Made by a program: the position numbers and the translations under genes. DNA of 32,000 nucleotides, from assembly GCF_003231495.1 (NCBI RefSeq), contig NZ_PQWO01000007.1, forward strand, positions 30,001 through 62,000. The letters are read 5' to 3'. The notes under the pieces were generated by a model, which had not been told where the DNA came from, did no database searches, and was given only the letters and a program-made list of their open reading frames with translations. Source of the DNA: Acaryochloris thomasi RCC1774. GTDB taxonomy: Bacteria; Cyanobacteriota; Cyanobacteriia; Thermosynechococcales; Thermosynechococcaceae. Below, piece by piece: positions 13,983 through 23,814 of the stretch; the stretch's first letter is position 1, and each line of letters starts with the position of its first letter.

Positions 13983-16399
13983 TCCTGGGCTGCTGCATCC
14001 GCGACCGCGTTGAGCGTTTCCTTCAGATCTTTGAGGCGAATCGGCTTACTAATATAGGCATTCATGCCCGCTGCCAGACAGTCTTCACGATCGCCCTGCA
14101 TGACGTTTGCCGTCATCGCAATGATGTAGGGGCGCACGTCCACCGACCATTCCTGGACGATCTGTTGTGTTGCCGTCAAGCCATCCATCTCTGGCATCTG
14201 CACATCCATTAAAACCACGTCATAGGTCTTGAGGCGCACTTGTTCCAGCACCTCCCGACCATTGGCGGCTAGATCGGCCTCGTAGCCTAGCTGCAGCAGC
14301 ATTCTCAGCGCCACCTTCTGGTTGACGACATTGTCTTCGGCCAGCAAGATTCGTAGGGGCTTTGATGTGACCTGAGGCGAGTCAGCCTGCCCATGGGATG
14401 GCGTAATCTCAAGCTGGGGATCAAGGATGCGCAACAGAATCTGATGGAGTCGTGCTTTCTTAACCGGCTTGCGAAGGGAGGCCGCAATCTGGAGGGATTG
14501 AGCTTCAGGATTGATATTGCCGATGGAGCTGAGTAAGACAACGGGGGGAGCCTGATCGCCCAAGTGCTTCTGTAGGCGAGCCGTTAGGGTTAGACCACTG
14601 ATCCCCGGCATTTGTACATCTAAAATTGCCAGGTCAAAATGATTCTCGCCGAGCAGCATCAGCGCCTCTACCCCTGACGCTGCTAATATCGGCACCATTC
14701 CCCAGGATTTAACCTGCATGCGCAGAATCTGCCGATTGGTGTTGTTGTCGTCAACAATTAAGACACGCTTCCCTTGAAGTCGATGGTGATCTGCCGCGGA
14801 GGGGGCTGCCATCTGCGGGGCAGCTTGTCCGTGGATGGTAAAGAAAAAGGTAGACCCCAACCCTTCTTGACTTTCAACCCAGATGCGTCCGCCCATCTGT
14901 TTGCTTAGACGCTTGCTGATGGCGAGTCCTAGACCCGTGCCACCATACTGGCGCGTGATTGAAGAATCAACTTGGCTAAAGGACTGAAACAGACGATCGC
15001 AATGCTCAGGTTTGATCCCAATGCCGGTATCTTTAACAGCGAACTGTAGTTCGTAGGTCGGTGGCGCATCAGCGGACGCCTCTGAAAGAATCTGGGCCGT
15101 CATTGAGACTACCACCTCCCCTTCAGGCGTAAATTTGACGGCATTGCCCAGTAAGTTGACCAAGATCTGGCGCAGACGATGCAGATCGCCAACGATAAAC
15201 AGAGGCTGCTCTGATTCTCTAGAATAGGCTAGTTCCAGTGCTTTCTCTGAGGCTCGGGCATTGACCAGATCGAGAGTTTCTTCCACGCAGAGATCAATAT
15301 TGAAGGGTTGAGCTTCGAGCTCCAGCTTACCGAACTCAATTTTAGAAAAATCGAGGATATCGTCAATAATACTCAGCAACGATTCGCCGCTGGTGCGTGC
15401 GGTATTGACCAAGTCTGTCTGTAGCTCACCTAGGTCGGTTTCTAAAAGCAGATCCGTGGTGCCAATCACGGCGTTCATGGGGGTGCGGATTTCGTGGCTC
15501 ATCATGGCGAGGAACTCACTCTTGGCCCGGTTCGCTGACTCTGCTTCTCGTTTTGCCCGCTTGAGCTGTTGTTCCGTGTGTTTGAGGGGGGTCAAGTCCT
15601 GCATTTCGGCGATCAAGTAGGCTGGCTTGTCTGTGATATCCCGAACAAGTGCGACGCTGACGAGGCTCCAGACGACTGTTCCGTTGGCGTGTAGAAACCG
15701 TTTCTCCCCCTGGTAGCTGGCAATCTTGCCAACTAAGAGCTGTCTGAACTGCCGTCGTTCGGCTTCAAGATCGCCTGGAAAGGTTAGGTCTTGGATTGTC
15801 TTTTGCAGCAGCGCGGCCTCTTCGTAGCCGAGCAGTTGGCACAGGGCTGGATTAACCTGGAGCCACTCACCCTCAATGCTAATGAGAGCCTTGGCGGCTG
15901 CACCGTAGGTAAATGAGGTGCGAAAGCGCTCTTCTGTTTGGGCGGTCTGTAGACGCAGGCGATCTTCTCGCTGCTGCTGGAGTCGTTTTTGATCAGTGAC
16001 GTCTCGGTAGATGCCCCAGATACAGGTGACGTTCCCGCTGGCGTCCATAGTCGGGGTGTAGACCGTGTCGTAGTGGCGAATCTGCTGCTCGATCTGCAGG
16101 GTTCGCTCGACGAATACTTTTTTTCCGGTCTCAGCAGCTTCTTCTAAAAAGGGTTCAATCTCATCGGCCTGATCGCCCAGTAGCTCTCGATGGGTGGAGC
16201 CGATGATTTGTTGCGGTTCTAGGCTGAGCAAGCAGGCACCGCTGGCGTTGATGGCGATGTAGCGAAACTTGAGATCAAAGGCAACAAAGGCGTCGCTGGT
16301 TTGCTCGACAAAAGCAAGAAACTGCTGCGCCATCTGTCCCCCCACGCTGTTGAGCTTCATGGGGTCTGGAAAGGGGGATGAGGTCTGAGAAGATGCCAT
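13979..16399 (-). CDS. hybrid sensor histidine kinase (PAS-PAS-HisKA-HATPase_c-REC-REC)
   Basis: 806 aa. Two PAS-like segments precede the H-box SHEIRTPMNAV. The N/G boxes are LGNAVKFT, DTGIGI and GGTGLGLAI. Two receiver domains follow (LIVDDNNTN..DVQMPG and LLAEDNVVN..DVQMPEMDG..KP). Confidence 0.92.
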   Translation of the reverse strand: MASSQTSSPFPDPMKLNSVGGQMAQQFLAFVEQTSDAFVAFDLKFRYIAINASGACLLSLEPQQIIGSTHRELLGDQADEIEPFLEEAAETGKKVFVERTLQIEQQIRHYDTVYTPTMDASGNVTCIWGIYRDVTDQKRLQQQREDRLRLQTAQTEERFRTSFTYGAAAKALISIEGEWLQVNPALCQLLGYEEAALLQKTIQDLTFPGDLEAERRQFRQLLVGKIASYQGEKRFLHANGTVVWSLVSVALVRDITDKPAYLIAEMQDLTPLKHTEQQLKRAKREAESANRAKSEFLAMMSHEIRTPMNAVIGTTDLLLETDLGELQTDLVNTARTSGESLLSIIDDILDFSKIEFGKLELEAQPFNIDLCVEETLDLVNARASEKALELAYSRESEQPLFIVGDLHRLRQILVNLLGNAVKFTPEGEVVVSMTAQILSEASADAPPTYELQFAVKDTGIGIKPEHCDRLFQSFSQVDSSITRQYGGTGLGLAISKRLSKQMGGRIWVESQEGLGSTFFFTIHGQAAPQMAAPSAADHHRLQGKRVLIVDDNNTNRQILRMQVKSWGMVPILAASGVEALMLLGENHFDLAILDVQMPGISGLTLTARLQKHLGDQAPPVVLLSSIGNINPEAQSLQIAASLRKPVKKARLHQILLRILDPQLEITPSHGQADSPQVTSKPLRILLAEDNVVNQKVALRMLLQLGYEADLAANGREVLEQVRLKTYDVVLMDVQMPEMDGLTATQQIVQEWSVDVRPYIIAMTANVMQGDREDCLAAGMNAYISKPIRLKDLKETLNAVADAAAQD

Positions 16400-16412
16400 G
16401 CTTACTGCGTGA

Positions 16413-16805
16413 TCAGTCCGGTGATGCCTTGGTGCCTTTGCAGGTAGAAAGCCCCATTCTGTTCCACTCGATCAGTCCTCCTGAGATATTGCTGATAGTG
16501 CTGAACCCCAATCTCTCTAAACAAGAAGCTGCGATGGGGCTCCGGTGGGCCGTGAGACAAATGACCGCCACAGGCTGTTCTGGAGATAGTGTCTGGAACC
16601 AATGAGGCCAAGCCCAGCGTCGCAGGGTGGGTAGAGTGCCAAGCAATAGGCGGAGAAGGCTGAGATTTATGGCCTGAGCAGGATGCATCAGTCGATACTC
16701 CAGGGCACTGCGGACATCAATGAGTAACGGAGGTGAGGTCTGATTTGCGTACTCAGTGGGCGATAAGGTTGCAATTTTAGATACTGTCGTTCGTGGCTCC
16801 GTCAT
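16413..16805 (-). CDS. rhodanese-domain protein
   Basis: 130 aa. The pattern is LLIDVRSALEYRLMHPAQAINL followed by the active-site-type loop CLTAHRS and ISGGLIEW. The gene ends 13 nt before the kinase start. Confidence 0.8.
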   Translation of the reverse strand: MTEPRTTVSKIATLSPTEYANQTSPPLLIDVRSALEYRLMHPAQAINLSLLRLLLGTLPTLRRWAWPHWFQTLSPEQPVAVICLTAHRSPIAASCLERLGFSTISNISGGLIEWNRMGLSTCKGTKASPD

Positions 16806-16904
16806 TATCTTTAGCCCAAATCCTGTTCTTTTTTAGTCTAAGGGCTACTGTTGGGGCGTTGCCAACGGTGAGCGGAAGATATCACGATCGTTGCTTTGAC
16901 TGCA

Positions 16905-18818
16905 CTATTGAGAGAGGGATGCTGCTGGATCAAATTTGAAGGTGTTAATCATCTTATTGAGCGTGCTTTCAAGATCTTGAAATTGTTCTTCTGGAACGAT
17001 ATAGCTCAGGAGGGCCACCCGTTGGCCTTTATTCTCAATGAAGCTATTGCCTAGAAGCTCCACTTTGATGTCGCCTGTTGCTGTGCCGGTGTATCCCCAG
17101 ATCAATAGGACGCTGCCATCTTTTTGGGGCCGCGCATCCTCGATAAAAAAGTCGGGCTTGTCGCTGAAGGTTTCTGTAAGAAAGGTCTCTACAATCTCAG
17201 TTAGTTCAGCCTGGGAGGGTTCGCTGGCGACGTCAAAGAGGTCTGCTACCATTTCGCCGTTGCCGGTGGGATCGGTCCACACCATAATGATTTCTTCCGA
17301 CTTGCTATTGTCTTTGAGGGTCCACCGTTGGGGAGCACTAATAGAGAACCCCTGCGTTTGATGTTCATAGGGTTCCAATGCACGAATCTGGACGCGCTGA
17401 AATTGGCTCTGGGTTTGAGGGCTAGGCGAGGTGGTCAGTTCGGGGCTAGGGCTAGAGGATGTTGGCTCATCGGCATCATCCTGGGGGCCGACGATGATAC
17501 CGATGATTACCAGTAGGGTGAGCAATCCCACAGGCAAGAGGACAATGAGACTTGCGATCGCACATCCCCATTTCCAAGCGTTGCCACTCTTCGGCTGACT
17601 CACCGCCACAGGAGATGTTCCTTGAACGGTTGGTGGTATCGGAGGCTGAGCAGGATTTGTGGTTCCTGCTGTAGCCACGTTTCCCTGCGAGCTTGGTGGA
17701 TCGATTAAGGTCGGTGGCGGCATTGATGGCGGTGAACCGGCTATTGAGACTACCTCAGTGGGCGGCACGGTATTCGGAGCATTTAGCGCCTGCATCACTT
17801 CTGCCGCTGACTGATACCGATCCAATGGTCGAGCCGCCAACATCGTTTGCAAAACAGCGCTGAAATCGGGGTTCAAACTGAGATCTTGCTGCCAAGTCCA
17901 CTCTAGAGATTGAGGATCTTGAAGATCCTGTGGCAGTTTGCCCGTCATTAAAACCAGTGCAGAAACGGCCAAGGCGTAAAGGTCACTGTGAGGGGCGACC
18001 AGCCCCAGGCGCATCTGCTCATCAGGGGCATAGCCAACTTTGCCGAGCCGAGTGCCGCCCTTCGAACTAAAGCCACTGGCCTGAGGGGAGATTACCTCGG
18101 TTGCGACATCCATTGCCACCTGCTTAACACCCCCGAGATCGATCAAGATCGGGAGGCGATCGCGATCTCGACACATGATGTTATCGGGCGAAATATCTCG
18201 GTGGATGACGCCCTCCTGATGTAAATAACTCAGCACCGGCAACAGATCTCGAAAGAGCTGGAGAATATCAGACTCTTTGAAAGCCCTGCTCACCTGCTTT
18301 TCCTGAAGCTGCTGGTACGTGTGGCCTGCAATGTAGTCTTGGACTAGAAATAGGCGTTTTTCAGCCTGAAAAATCTCCCAGAACCGAGGAATTTGAGGGT
18401 GCTCCAGTCGATGTAGGGTGGCTGCTTCTCGCTGAAAAAGTTCCTCTGCCTTTTTCAGGGCTGCTGTTCCTTGAATCGAAGGGGTTAGCTCTTTAAGGAC
18501 AATGGATTCATTGAATCGGCCTGTGTCTTGGGCTAGATAGGTCCGACCAAAGCCGCCCTGCCCTAAGGGGCGATCGATAATGTAGCGATCTCGTAATCGT
18601 GTCCCGGCTGGTAATGCGATATAGGAACTGCTGGCGAAGTTGGGTGATGTGCTATTCCCTGCCCCTTCTAAGCTGTGAGGGGCCAGATCTGAACGATCTG
18701 ATCCGATGGCAGGAGAACGGCCAGAGGGCTGCGTCTTTAGAGACGTTCCGCAGTACTGACAAAAGTGAGATTTGGAAGCAACTTGCTGTCCACACGACGT
18801 ACAGTTCATTAAATCCAT
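16905..18818 (-). CDS. Ser/Thr protein kinase with N-terminal zinc ribbon, one TM helix and an extracytoplasmic C-terminal domain
   Basis: 637 aa. The zinc ribbon is CTSCG-x10-CQYCG. Kinase motifs are GQGGFGRTY, VLKE, HRDISPDN, DLGG and GYAPDE. A Pro-rich linker and the TM helix WGCAIASLIVLLPVGLLTLLVIIGIIV precede a ~170-aa C-terminal domain. Confidence 0.92.
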   Translation of the reverse strand: MDLMNCTSCGQQVASKSHFCQYCGTSLKTQPSGRSPAIGSDRSDLAPHSLEGAGNSTSPNFASSSYIALPAGTRLRDRYIIDRPLGQGGFGRTYLAQDTGRFNESIVLKELTPSIQGTAALKKAEELFQREAATLHRLEHPQIPRFWEIFQAEKRLFLVQDYIAGHTYQQLQEKQVSRAFKESDILQLFRDLLPVLSYLHQEGVIHRDISPDNIMCRDRDRLPILIDLGGVKQVAMDVATEVISPQASGFSSKGGTRLGKVGYAPDEQMRLGLVAPHSDLYALAVSALVLMTGKLPQDLQDPQSLEWTWQQDLSLNPDFSAVLQTMLAARPLDRYQSAAEVMQALNAPNTVPPTEVVSIAGSPPSMPPPTLIDPPSSQGNVATAGTTNPAQPPIPPTVQGTSPVAVSQPKSGNAWKWGCAIASLIVLLPVGLLTLLVIIGIIVGPQDDADEPTSSSPSPELTTSPSPQTQSQFQRVQIRALEPYEHQTQGFSISAPQRWTLKDNSKSEEIIMVWTDPTGNGEMVADLFDVASEPSQAELTEIVETFLTETFSDKPDFFIEDARPQKDGSVLLIWGYTGTATGDIKVELLGNSFIENKGQRVALLSYIVPEEQFQDLESTLNKMINTFKFDPAASLSQ

Positions 18819-19112
18819 ACAATCTGCACCTCAGCCGACCTCAATACCCTCAGACTCCATTGCAGCATTAGTTATGGGCAATCGCCACCCTTTCCTGAGA
18901 TTGTTAACATCTTCAAGAAAGGTGCAAAACTGTCCCTGTACCTCTTCTAGAAAAAAGTTTACGAATTTCTTCAACTGCTTCAAAACTGATGCAACGTGTT
19001 CTTTCGCTTGGTGTAGTAGCGATAGATAGTACCCTGTCGTTACCGATCTGATGACAGCCAATGCCGTAGATCAGAATGGAAAAACTGAAGAGAGTGAGCT
19101 GATACGTTATTC

Positions 19113-20249
19113 ATGTCAATGCAGGTTGTTGTGACTGGAATGGGCCTTGCTTCAGCCCTGGGTTCAACGGTGGAAAGTAGCTGGGGGCATTTGCTCAAGG
19201 GGGCAACGGGGCTTCAGATTCATCAACCGTTCCCTGAGCTATCTCCCCGACCACTGGGGCTTGTCTATGATGCTCCCAGTTCGATTGCGGCTCTGCTATT
19301 CCCGACGATTGATGCTGCTTTGCAAGACACTGACCTCGATTCACTAACGCCAGGAACCGGTGTCGTGATCGGTTCTAGTCGAGGGTCTCAGTCCCAGTGG
19401 GAGTCTGCTATTCGTGCCCATCATGGTAGAGGCTCAGTCGAGAACGACCTTTTACGGCTCTATGGTGACTCTCCTGCCTCTATGGTGGCTCAGAAGCTGA
19501 GGGTTACCGGCCCCGCTCTTTCTCCTCGGGCGGCCTGTGCTACAGGTCTTTGGGCAATAGCCCAGGGGGCAGATCTGATTCGGACGGGGCAGTGTAGTCA
19601 AGTGATCGTGGGTGCTGTAGAAGCTCCCATCACTCCGCTAACGCTAGCGGGGTTTGCCAAGATGGGGGCAATGGCGACGACGGGGGCTTATCCCTTTGAC
19701 CGACATCGAGAAGGACTAGCGTTGGGAGAAGGGGCGGTTGCTCTAGTGCTGGAGTCAGAAGCCTTGGCCCAGCGCAGAAATGCAGAAATCTATGGTGAGG
19801 TTTTGGGGTTTGGCTGCACTGCCGATGGCTATCATCGCAGCGCGCCGGATCGAGATCAGAAGGTTGCGATCGCATCTCTTCAACAAAGCCTTCAGCGCAG
19901 CCATTTACAGCCCACTGACATCGACTATATCCACGCCCACGGCACCGCCACCGAACTCAACGATCAGGCTGAAGCCTCCTTAGTTCAGCGAATCTTTCCG
20001 GCCTCCGTTGCTGTTAGTTCTACCAAGGGAGCCACCGGCCATACTCTGGGGGCCTCTGGGGCCATCGGTGCAGCCTTCAGCTTGCTGTCCCTTCAGCAGC
20101 AAATTGTGCCGCCCTGTGTAGGACTTAGAGATCCAGCCTTCGATCTATATCTACCTCGAGCAGCAACACCCATGAAATTACGAGCAGCTCTGTGCCTCAG
20201 CTTCGGTTTCGGAGGCCAGAATACCGCCCTGACCTTAGCTGCGATTTAA
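19113..20249 (+). CDS. beta-ketoacyl-ACP synthase (short FabF/FabB-like paralog)
   Basis: 378 aa. The active-site Cys context is PRAACATGLWAI. The two His motifs are HAHGTATELND and KGATGHTLGASG. The C-terminus is FGFGGQN. Confidence 0.9.
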   Translation: MSMQVVVTGMGLASALGSTVESSWGHLLKGATGLQIHQPFPELSPRPLGLVYDAPSSIAALLFPTIDAALQDTDLDSLTPGTGVVIGSSRGSQSQWESAIRAHHGRGSVENDLLRLYGDSPASMVAQKLRVTGPALSPRAACATGLWAIAQGADLIRTGQCSQVIVGAVEAPITPLTLAGFAKMGAMATTGAYPFDRHREGLALGEGAVALVLESEALAQRRNAEIYGEVLGFGCTADGYHRSAPDRDQKVAIASLQQSLQRSHLQPTDIDYIHAHGTATELNDQAEASLVQRIFPASVAVSSTKGATGHTLGASGAIGAAFSLLSLQQQIVPPCVGLRDPAFDLYLPRAATPMKLRAALCLSFGFGGQNTALTLAAI

Positions 20250-20449
20250 GGCCCCAGTTCCAATATGGATAAGAGACCTGTCGGCACAGTCGGCTGACAT
20301 TCCCCCAAGGCTCAAAGTAGCGGATACTGTTGAAGATACTTTTAGGCACATCTTAGTGAATACTAGGAGCGTGTAAAAGATAGGCGATACTCCGGGCACT
20401 CTATAACCGGGTATCAACAATCTTGCTAAACGCATTAGGAATAAAACCT

Positions 20450-21490
20450 ATGTCTGACAATTTCGGCCTTGACGTCACTGTCTCGACAGAACCGTCTCTT
20501 TCCAATGACGCAATCCTAGAGACGAGCGCCAGTGAGTTAATGGACGAGTTGTTCGCTCAACTTGACAATAAACTTAGAGACGGTGAAACGTCTGGACAGA
20601 AAACCTCCTCATCTCTGTCAACTCGCGTACGCCCGCGTCAAGCGCTCAGCGTACTTGAATCCAGCGACTTAGAAGTGTCCTATACCCCCATTGAAGCTGC
20701 CCTAACCCCCAGGCAAATCCCTGAATGGCAGCTCTCTCTAGATGAAACCATCGGCATTGGTAATCCGCAAGATTCAAAATTCAATCAGCGGCTCTTCGTC
20801 TGTATTGCCCTGACCTCTGTGGGTGCAGCTCTGGTATGGATTGGGACGCAGTTAGCGCCCCGCCCCGTGACCGCGCCGATTATCGCTGAAGCAACAACAC
20901 AATCTCTCCCGATCAATTCTGCCGACGTGCAGTTCGCCGCAAGCATGACGCAATCGCTGCAAAAAATTGATAGCAAAAAGCCGACGCTTCCCACTGCCGT
21001 ACCACCGGTACAAGCACCAACGCCACAAACTCCTAGCAAAGCGCTGAACAAGCCGACGCTTCCCACCATCAGTTCTGTTCAGGCTGCGGCACCCAAATTA
21101 CCGGCCACGATTCCGGCCAGCGTTACACCTGCTCGCATCCCTGCCAAGCAAGAGCCATTACCGGTTAAGTCTGCACCTCAGGCTGCATCCGCGACCACAG
21201 AGCTACCTCAAGTTCAGCCCGAGGCTCAACCCAGTGCGACTCAAACCGTTGCAGTTGCTAAACCTGCCCCCCTGACTGATGTGAGCAAAGCTGCGCAAAC
21301 GCTAGTGGGCGTCCTAGAATTTGGCGATCAGTCCGTTGCTTTAGTGGAGAACAATGGAGCCACGCGCCGAGTTGAGATAGGTGAAATCCTGAATGACAGT
21401 GGCTGGGTTTTAGCCGCCGTTGAAAATGGTCAAGCCATTATTAAGCGCAGTGGACAGGTGCGAGCCTTGGATCCCGATCAGAAATTTTAA
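20450..21490 (+). CDS. hypothetical Pro/Ala-rich single-pass membrane protein
   Basis: ATG 20450 is preferred over the TTG 20423 track start because AGGA lies upstream. The TM helix is LFVCIALTSVGAALVWIGTQLA. A long P/A/Q/T-rich region with a repeated KPTLPT follows, then a small beta-rich C-terminal domain (LVGVLEFGDQSVALVENNGATRRVEIGEILNDSGWVLAAVENGQAIIKRSG). Confidence 0.65.
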   Translation: MSDNFGLDVTVSTEPSLSNDAILETSASELMDELFAQLDNKLRDGETSGQKTSSSLSTRVRPRQALSVLESSDLEVSYTPIEAALTPRQIPEWQLSLDETIGIGNPQDSKFNQRLFVCIALTSVGAALVWIGTQLAPRPVTAPIIAEATTQSLPINSADVQFAASMTQSLQKIDSKKPTLPTAVPPVQAPTPQTPSKALNKPTLPTISSVQAAAPKLPATIPASVTPARIPAKQEPLPVKSAPQAASATTELPQVQPEAQPSATQTVAVAKPAPLTDVSKAAQTLVGVLEFGDQSVALVENNGATRRVEIGEILNDSGWVLAAVENGQAIIKRSGQVRALDPDQKF

Positions 21491-21679
21491 TTCGGTGAAA
21501 TGCAGAAGCTACATTCATTGAATGCAGCATGACTTAAACGATCCCAGTTTAAGTAATCTAAGCTACAATCCTCCTCTTTCCTCTTTCCTAAGCTAAACCA
21601 GTCTATGACCGCTTAGTTTAGTGGTAAATAATAACTAGCTGAGAAACAGCTGATAGTTAACGGTGTGAGGAAGAACATA

Positions 21680-23473
21680 ATGTACAACCCCTTTGGGAAG
21701 CAGATCCTCTTCAGTGTGATGGGGATATTTGTTATGGCTGGAGGGCCAGCTGTGGCTGCCTCGTCCAGCGAGGTTCAAGGCGAACAGCCCTTAGCAAAAA
21801 TTAGCCGAGAAGCAATTGGCGAGACCCCTGAAGCTGCTGCGTCTAGAGAGATACAGCCCATTTTGCTTGCCGATGCAGAAGATCCCAGCGTCAGTGATTT
21901 GCTTGGGTCTCAGACAGATTCGCTTTATCAAGGCGATCGCAGCCTTCATGATCTAGACGATGCTTCCCAAGCACAGGTTACTTCTGTCTCTCAGCTTTCT
22001 GACGTGCAGCCCACTGATTGGGCCTTCCAAGCGCTGCAGTCTCTAGTAGAGCGCTACGGCTGTATTGCTGGGTATCCCAATGGAACCTTTCGAGGGAATC
22101 GCTCCGCCACTCGCTATGAAATGGCGGCAGCTCTCAATGCTTGCTTAGACCAGATTAGCGATCGCTTCGCTTCCAAGGCTGATCTCGATGCTGTCAAAGC
22201 GCTGCAGGACGAATTTGCTGCCGAACTGGCAACTTTGAGAGGTCGAGTCGATGGATTAGAAGCGCGCGTTGACACTGTTGAAGCCCAGCAATTTTCGACA
22301 ACAACCAAACTCAATGGTGAAGTCATCTTTGCTGCAGGGGGGCTGATTGGTGAAAATGTGGAGACTGGCGATGACATCGACGGTCGCCTTGCCTTTAATC
22401 AGCGGACGCGCCTCAACCTCCTCACCAGCTTCACCGGCAAAGATCGCCTCTACACCCGTTTACAATCTTCGAATCGGGATGTCAACTTTGCGTCTCCTCC
22501 TCTAGGCCCCGAAGGGGCAGGCACCTTTGATACCCGAATTTCCTTTGATACCGGTAACACTGGAAATGGCGTTATTCTCGACCGCTTAGACTACAAGTTT
22601 CCCATTGGCGATAAGGTTGACGTCACCGTTTTTGCCAATGCTGCTTTTCACCACTATTATGCTGAAACTGTTAACCCTTACTTCGAAGGCTTCGGGGGGG
22701 GGAGTGGATCTATCTCCTTCTTCGGTGAACGCAACCCAATCTATCGAATTGGAACCGTTGCTATCCCTGGTGTTGCTGGGGTTGGAACATCCTTTAAGCC
22801 CACTGATAAGCTCCGGTTCGATGTGGGATATCTCGCGGGTAACGCGAATGATGCGACCGCAACGATCAGCACTGTTGATGGTGCAGATGATGGCGGTCTT
22901 TTTGGGGGCAGCTTTAGCCTCTTAGCTCAGGCGACATACAAGCTCTCTGACACATCGCAAGTCGGCCTAACCTATGTCCGCAACAACTCACCAGGCGGAA
23001 ACTTGAACATGGGGGCAGGGACAAGGTTAGCGAATGTTCCATTCCCAATCGCTGACGGATCGACAACGGGTTTTGCGTTCAGTAGTGACTCAGTGGGTAT
23101 TGAGGCGACCTTCGGAATCACGGATTGGTTGGCGGTTGGCGGCTGGGCAGGCTATACGTTTGCCAATCAGTCTGGCGTCGGTAATGAGGTAGAAATTGGG
23201 AATGCCGCTCTCAACGTTGCACTTCCTGATTTAGGGAAAGAGGGTGCCATCGGAGGCTTGATTTTTGGTTTGCCTCCTCAGGTTGTTAGCTCTGACTCTC
23301 CGATTGAAACCGGTGAATCTGGAACCACCTACCACCTTGAAGCCAACTATCAGTTTCCTGTGAGTGACAACATTACGATTACGCCCGGTCTTATCTATCT
23401 CATCAATCCGGGTAGCGACTCCAACAATAGCGATATTTTTGTAGGCGTGATTCGAACAACCTTTCGGTTCTAG
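21680..23473 (+). CDS. SLH-domain / OprB-type outer-membrane porin, paralog no.2
   Basis: ATG 21680 is preferred because GAGGAA lies 8 nt upstream, although the track starts at GTG 21665. It has a signal peptide, the same SLH + coiled-coil module as porin no.1, and a divergent beta-barrel ending ..IRTTFRF. Confidence 0.9.
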   Translation: MYNPFGKQILFSVMGIFVMAGGPAVAASSSEVQGEQPLAKISREAIGETPEAAASREIQPILLADAEDPSVSDLLGSQTDSLYQGDRSLHDLDDASQAQVTSVSQLSDVQPTDWAFQALQSLVERYGCIAGYPNGTFRGNRSATRYEMAAALNACLDQISDRFASKADLDAVKALQDEFAAELATLRGRVDGLEARVDTVEAQQFSTTTKLNGEVIFAAGGLIGENVETGDDIDGRLAFNQRTRLNLLTSFTGKDRLYTRLQSSNRDVNFASPPLGPEGAGTFDTRISFDTGNTGNGVILDRLDYKFPIGDKVDVTVFANAAFHHYYAETVNPYFEGFGGGSGSISFFGERNPIYRIGTVAIPGVAGVGTSFKPTDKLRFDVGYLAGNANDATATISTVDGADDGGLFGGSFSLLAQATYKLSDTSQVGLTYVRNNSPGGNLNMGAGTRLANVPFPIADGSTTGFAFSSDSVGIEATFGITDWLAVGGWAGYTFANQSGVGNEVEIGNAALNVALPDLGKEGAIGGLIFGLPPQVVSSDSPIETGESGTTYHLEANYQFPVSDNITITPGLIYLINPGSDSNNSDIFVGVIRTTFRF

Positions 23474-23572
23474 CCTCTACTGTCGTGCTATGGCTAGTTG
23501 AGATAGGCAGCCTTGCCAATTGCTTGATTGTGCATGCATTTGGCGGGCTGTACGATGTCACTTGTCTCAGTC

Positions 23573-23612
23573 TTCTCCCAGTTCTGTTGTAGTACTGGGA
23601 GAATTAATTTTT
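23573..23612 (+). terminator. rho-independent terminator of porin no.2
   Basis: TTCTCCCAGT (23573-23582) pairs with ACTGGGAGAA (23594-23603) across an 11-nt loop, followed by TTAATTTTT. Confidence 0.7.
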
Positions 23613-23814
23613 AGCTGGGCTGAATCAGAGCATGAAAGCGGCGTCGCGTGATTTTCTTGACTCCTTGTACAACCCCAATTAATAGTCTGCAAAATCGACA
23701 GTCCAGATACTGCAGTACTCGGTTGAATTAGGACAGCCTTTCTTTCCTTAGTAAAGATGGATTTAATCTACTTTTATGTCCTAATCAATACGTATACCGC
23801 TATATATCAAGGAT

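Noticed and set aside
16378-16611. 75-aa (+) and 69-aa (-) ORFs at the kinase/rhodanese junction
   Set aside because: Both overlap the rhodanese gene, whose frame carries the rhodanese motifs, so they are shadow frames.
18772-19029. 85-aa + strand ORF in the kinase/KAS intergenic region
   Set aside because: It starts inside the kinase gene on the opposite strand and has Ser/Cys-rich low-quality composition. It competes with an equally unsupported minus-strand ORF.
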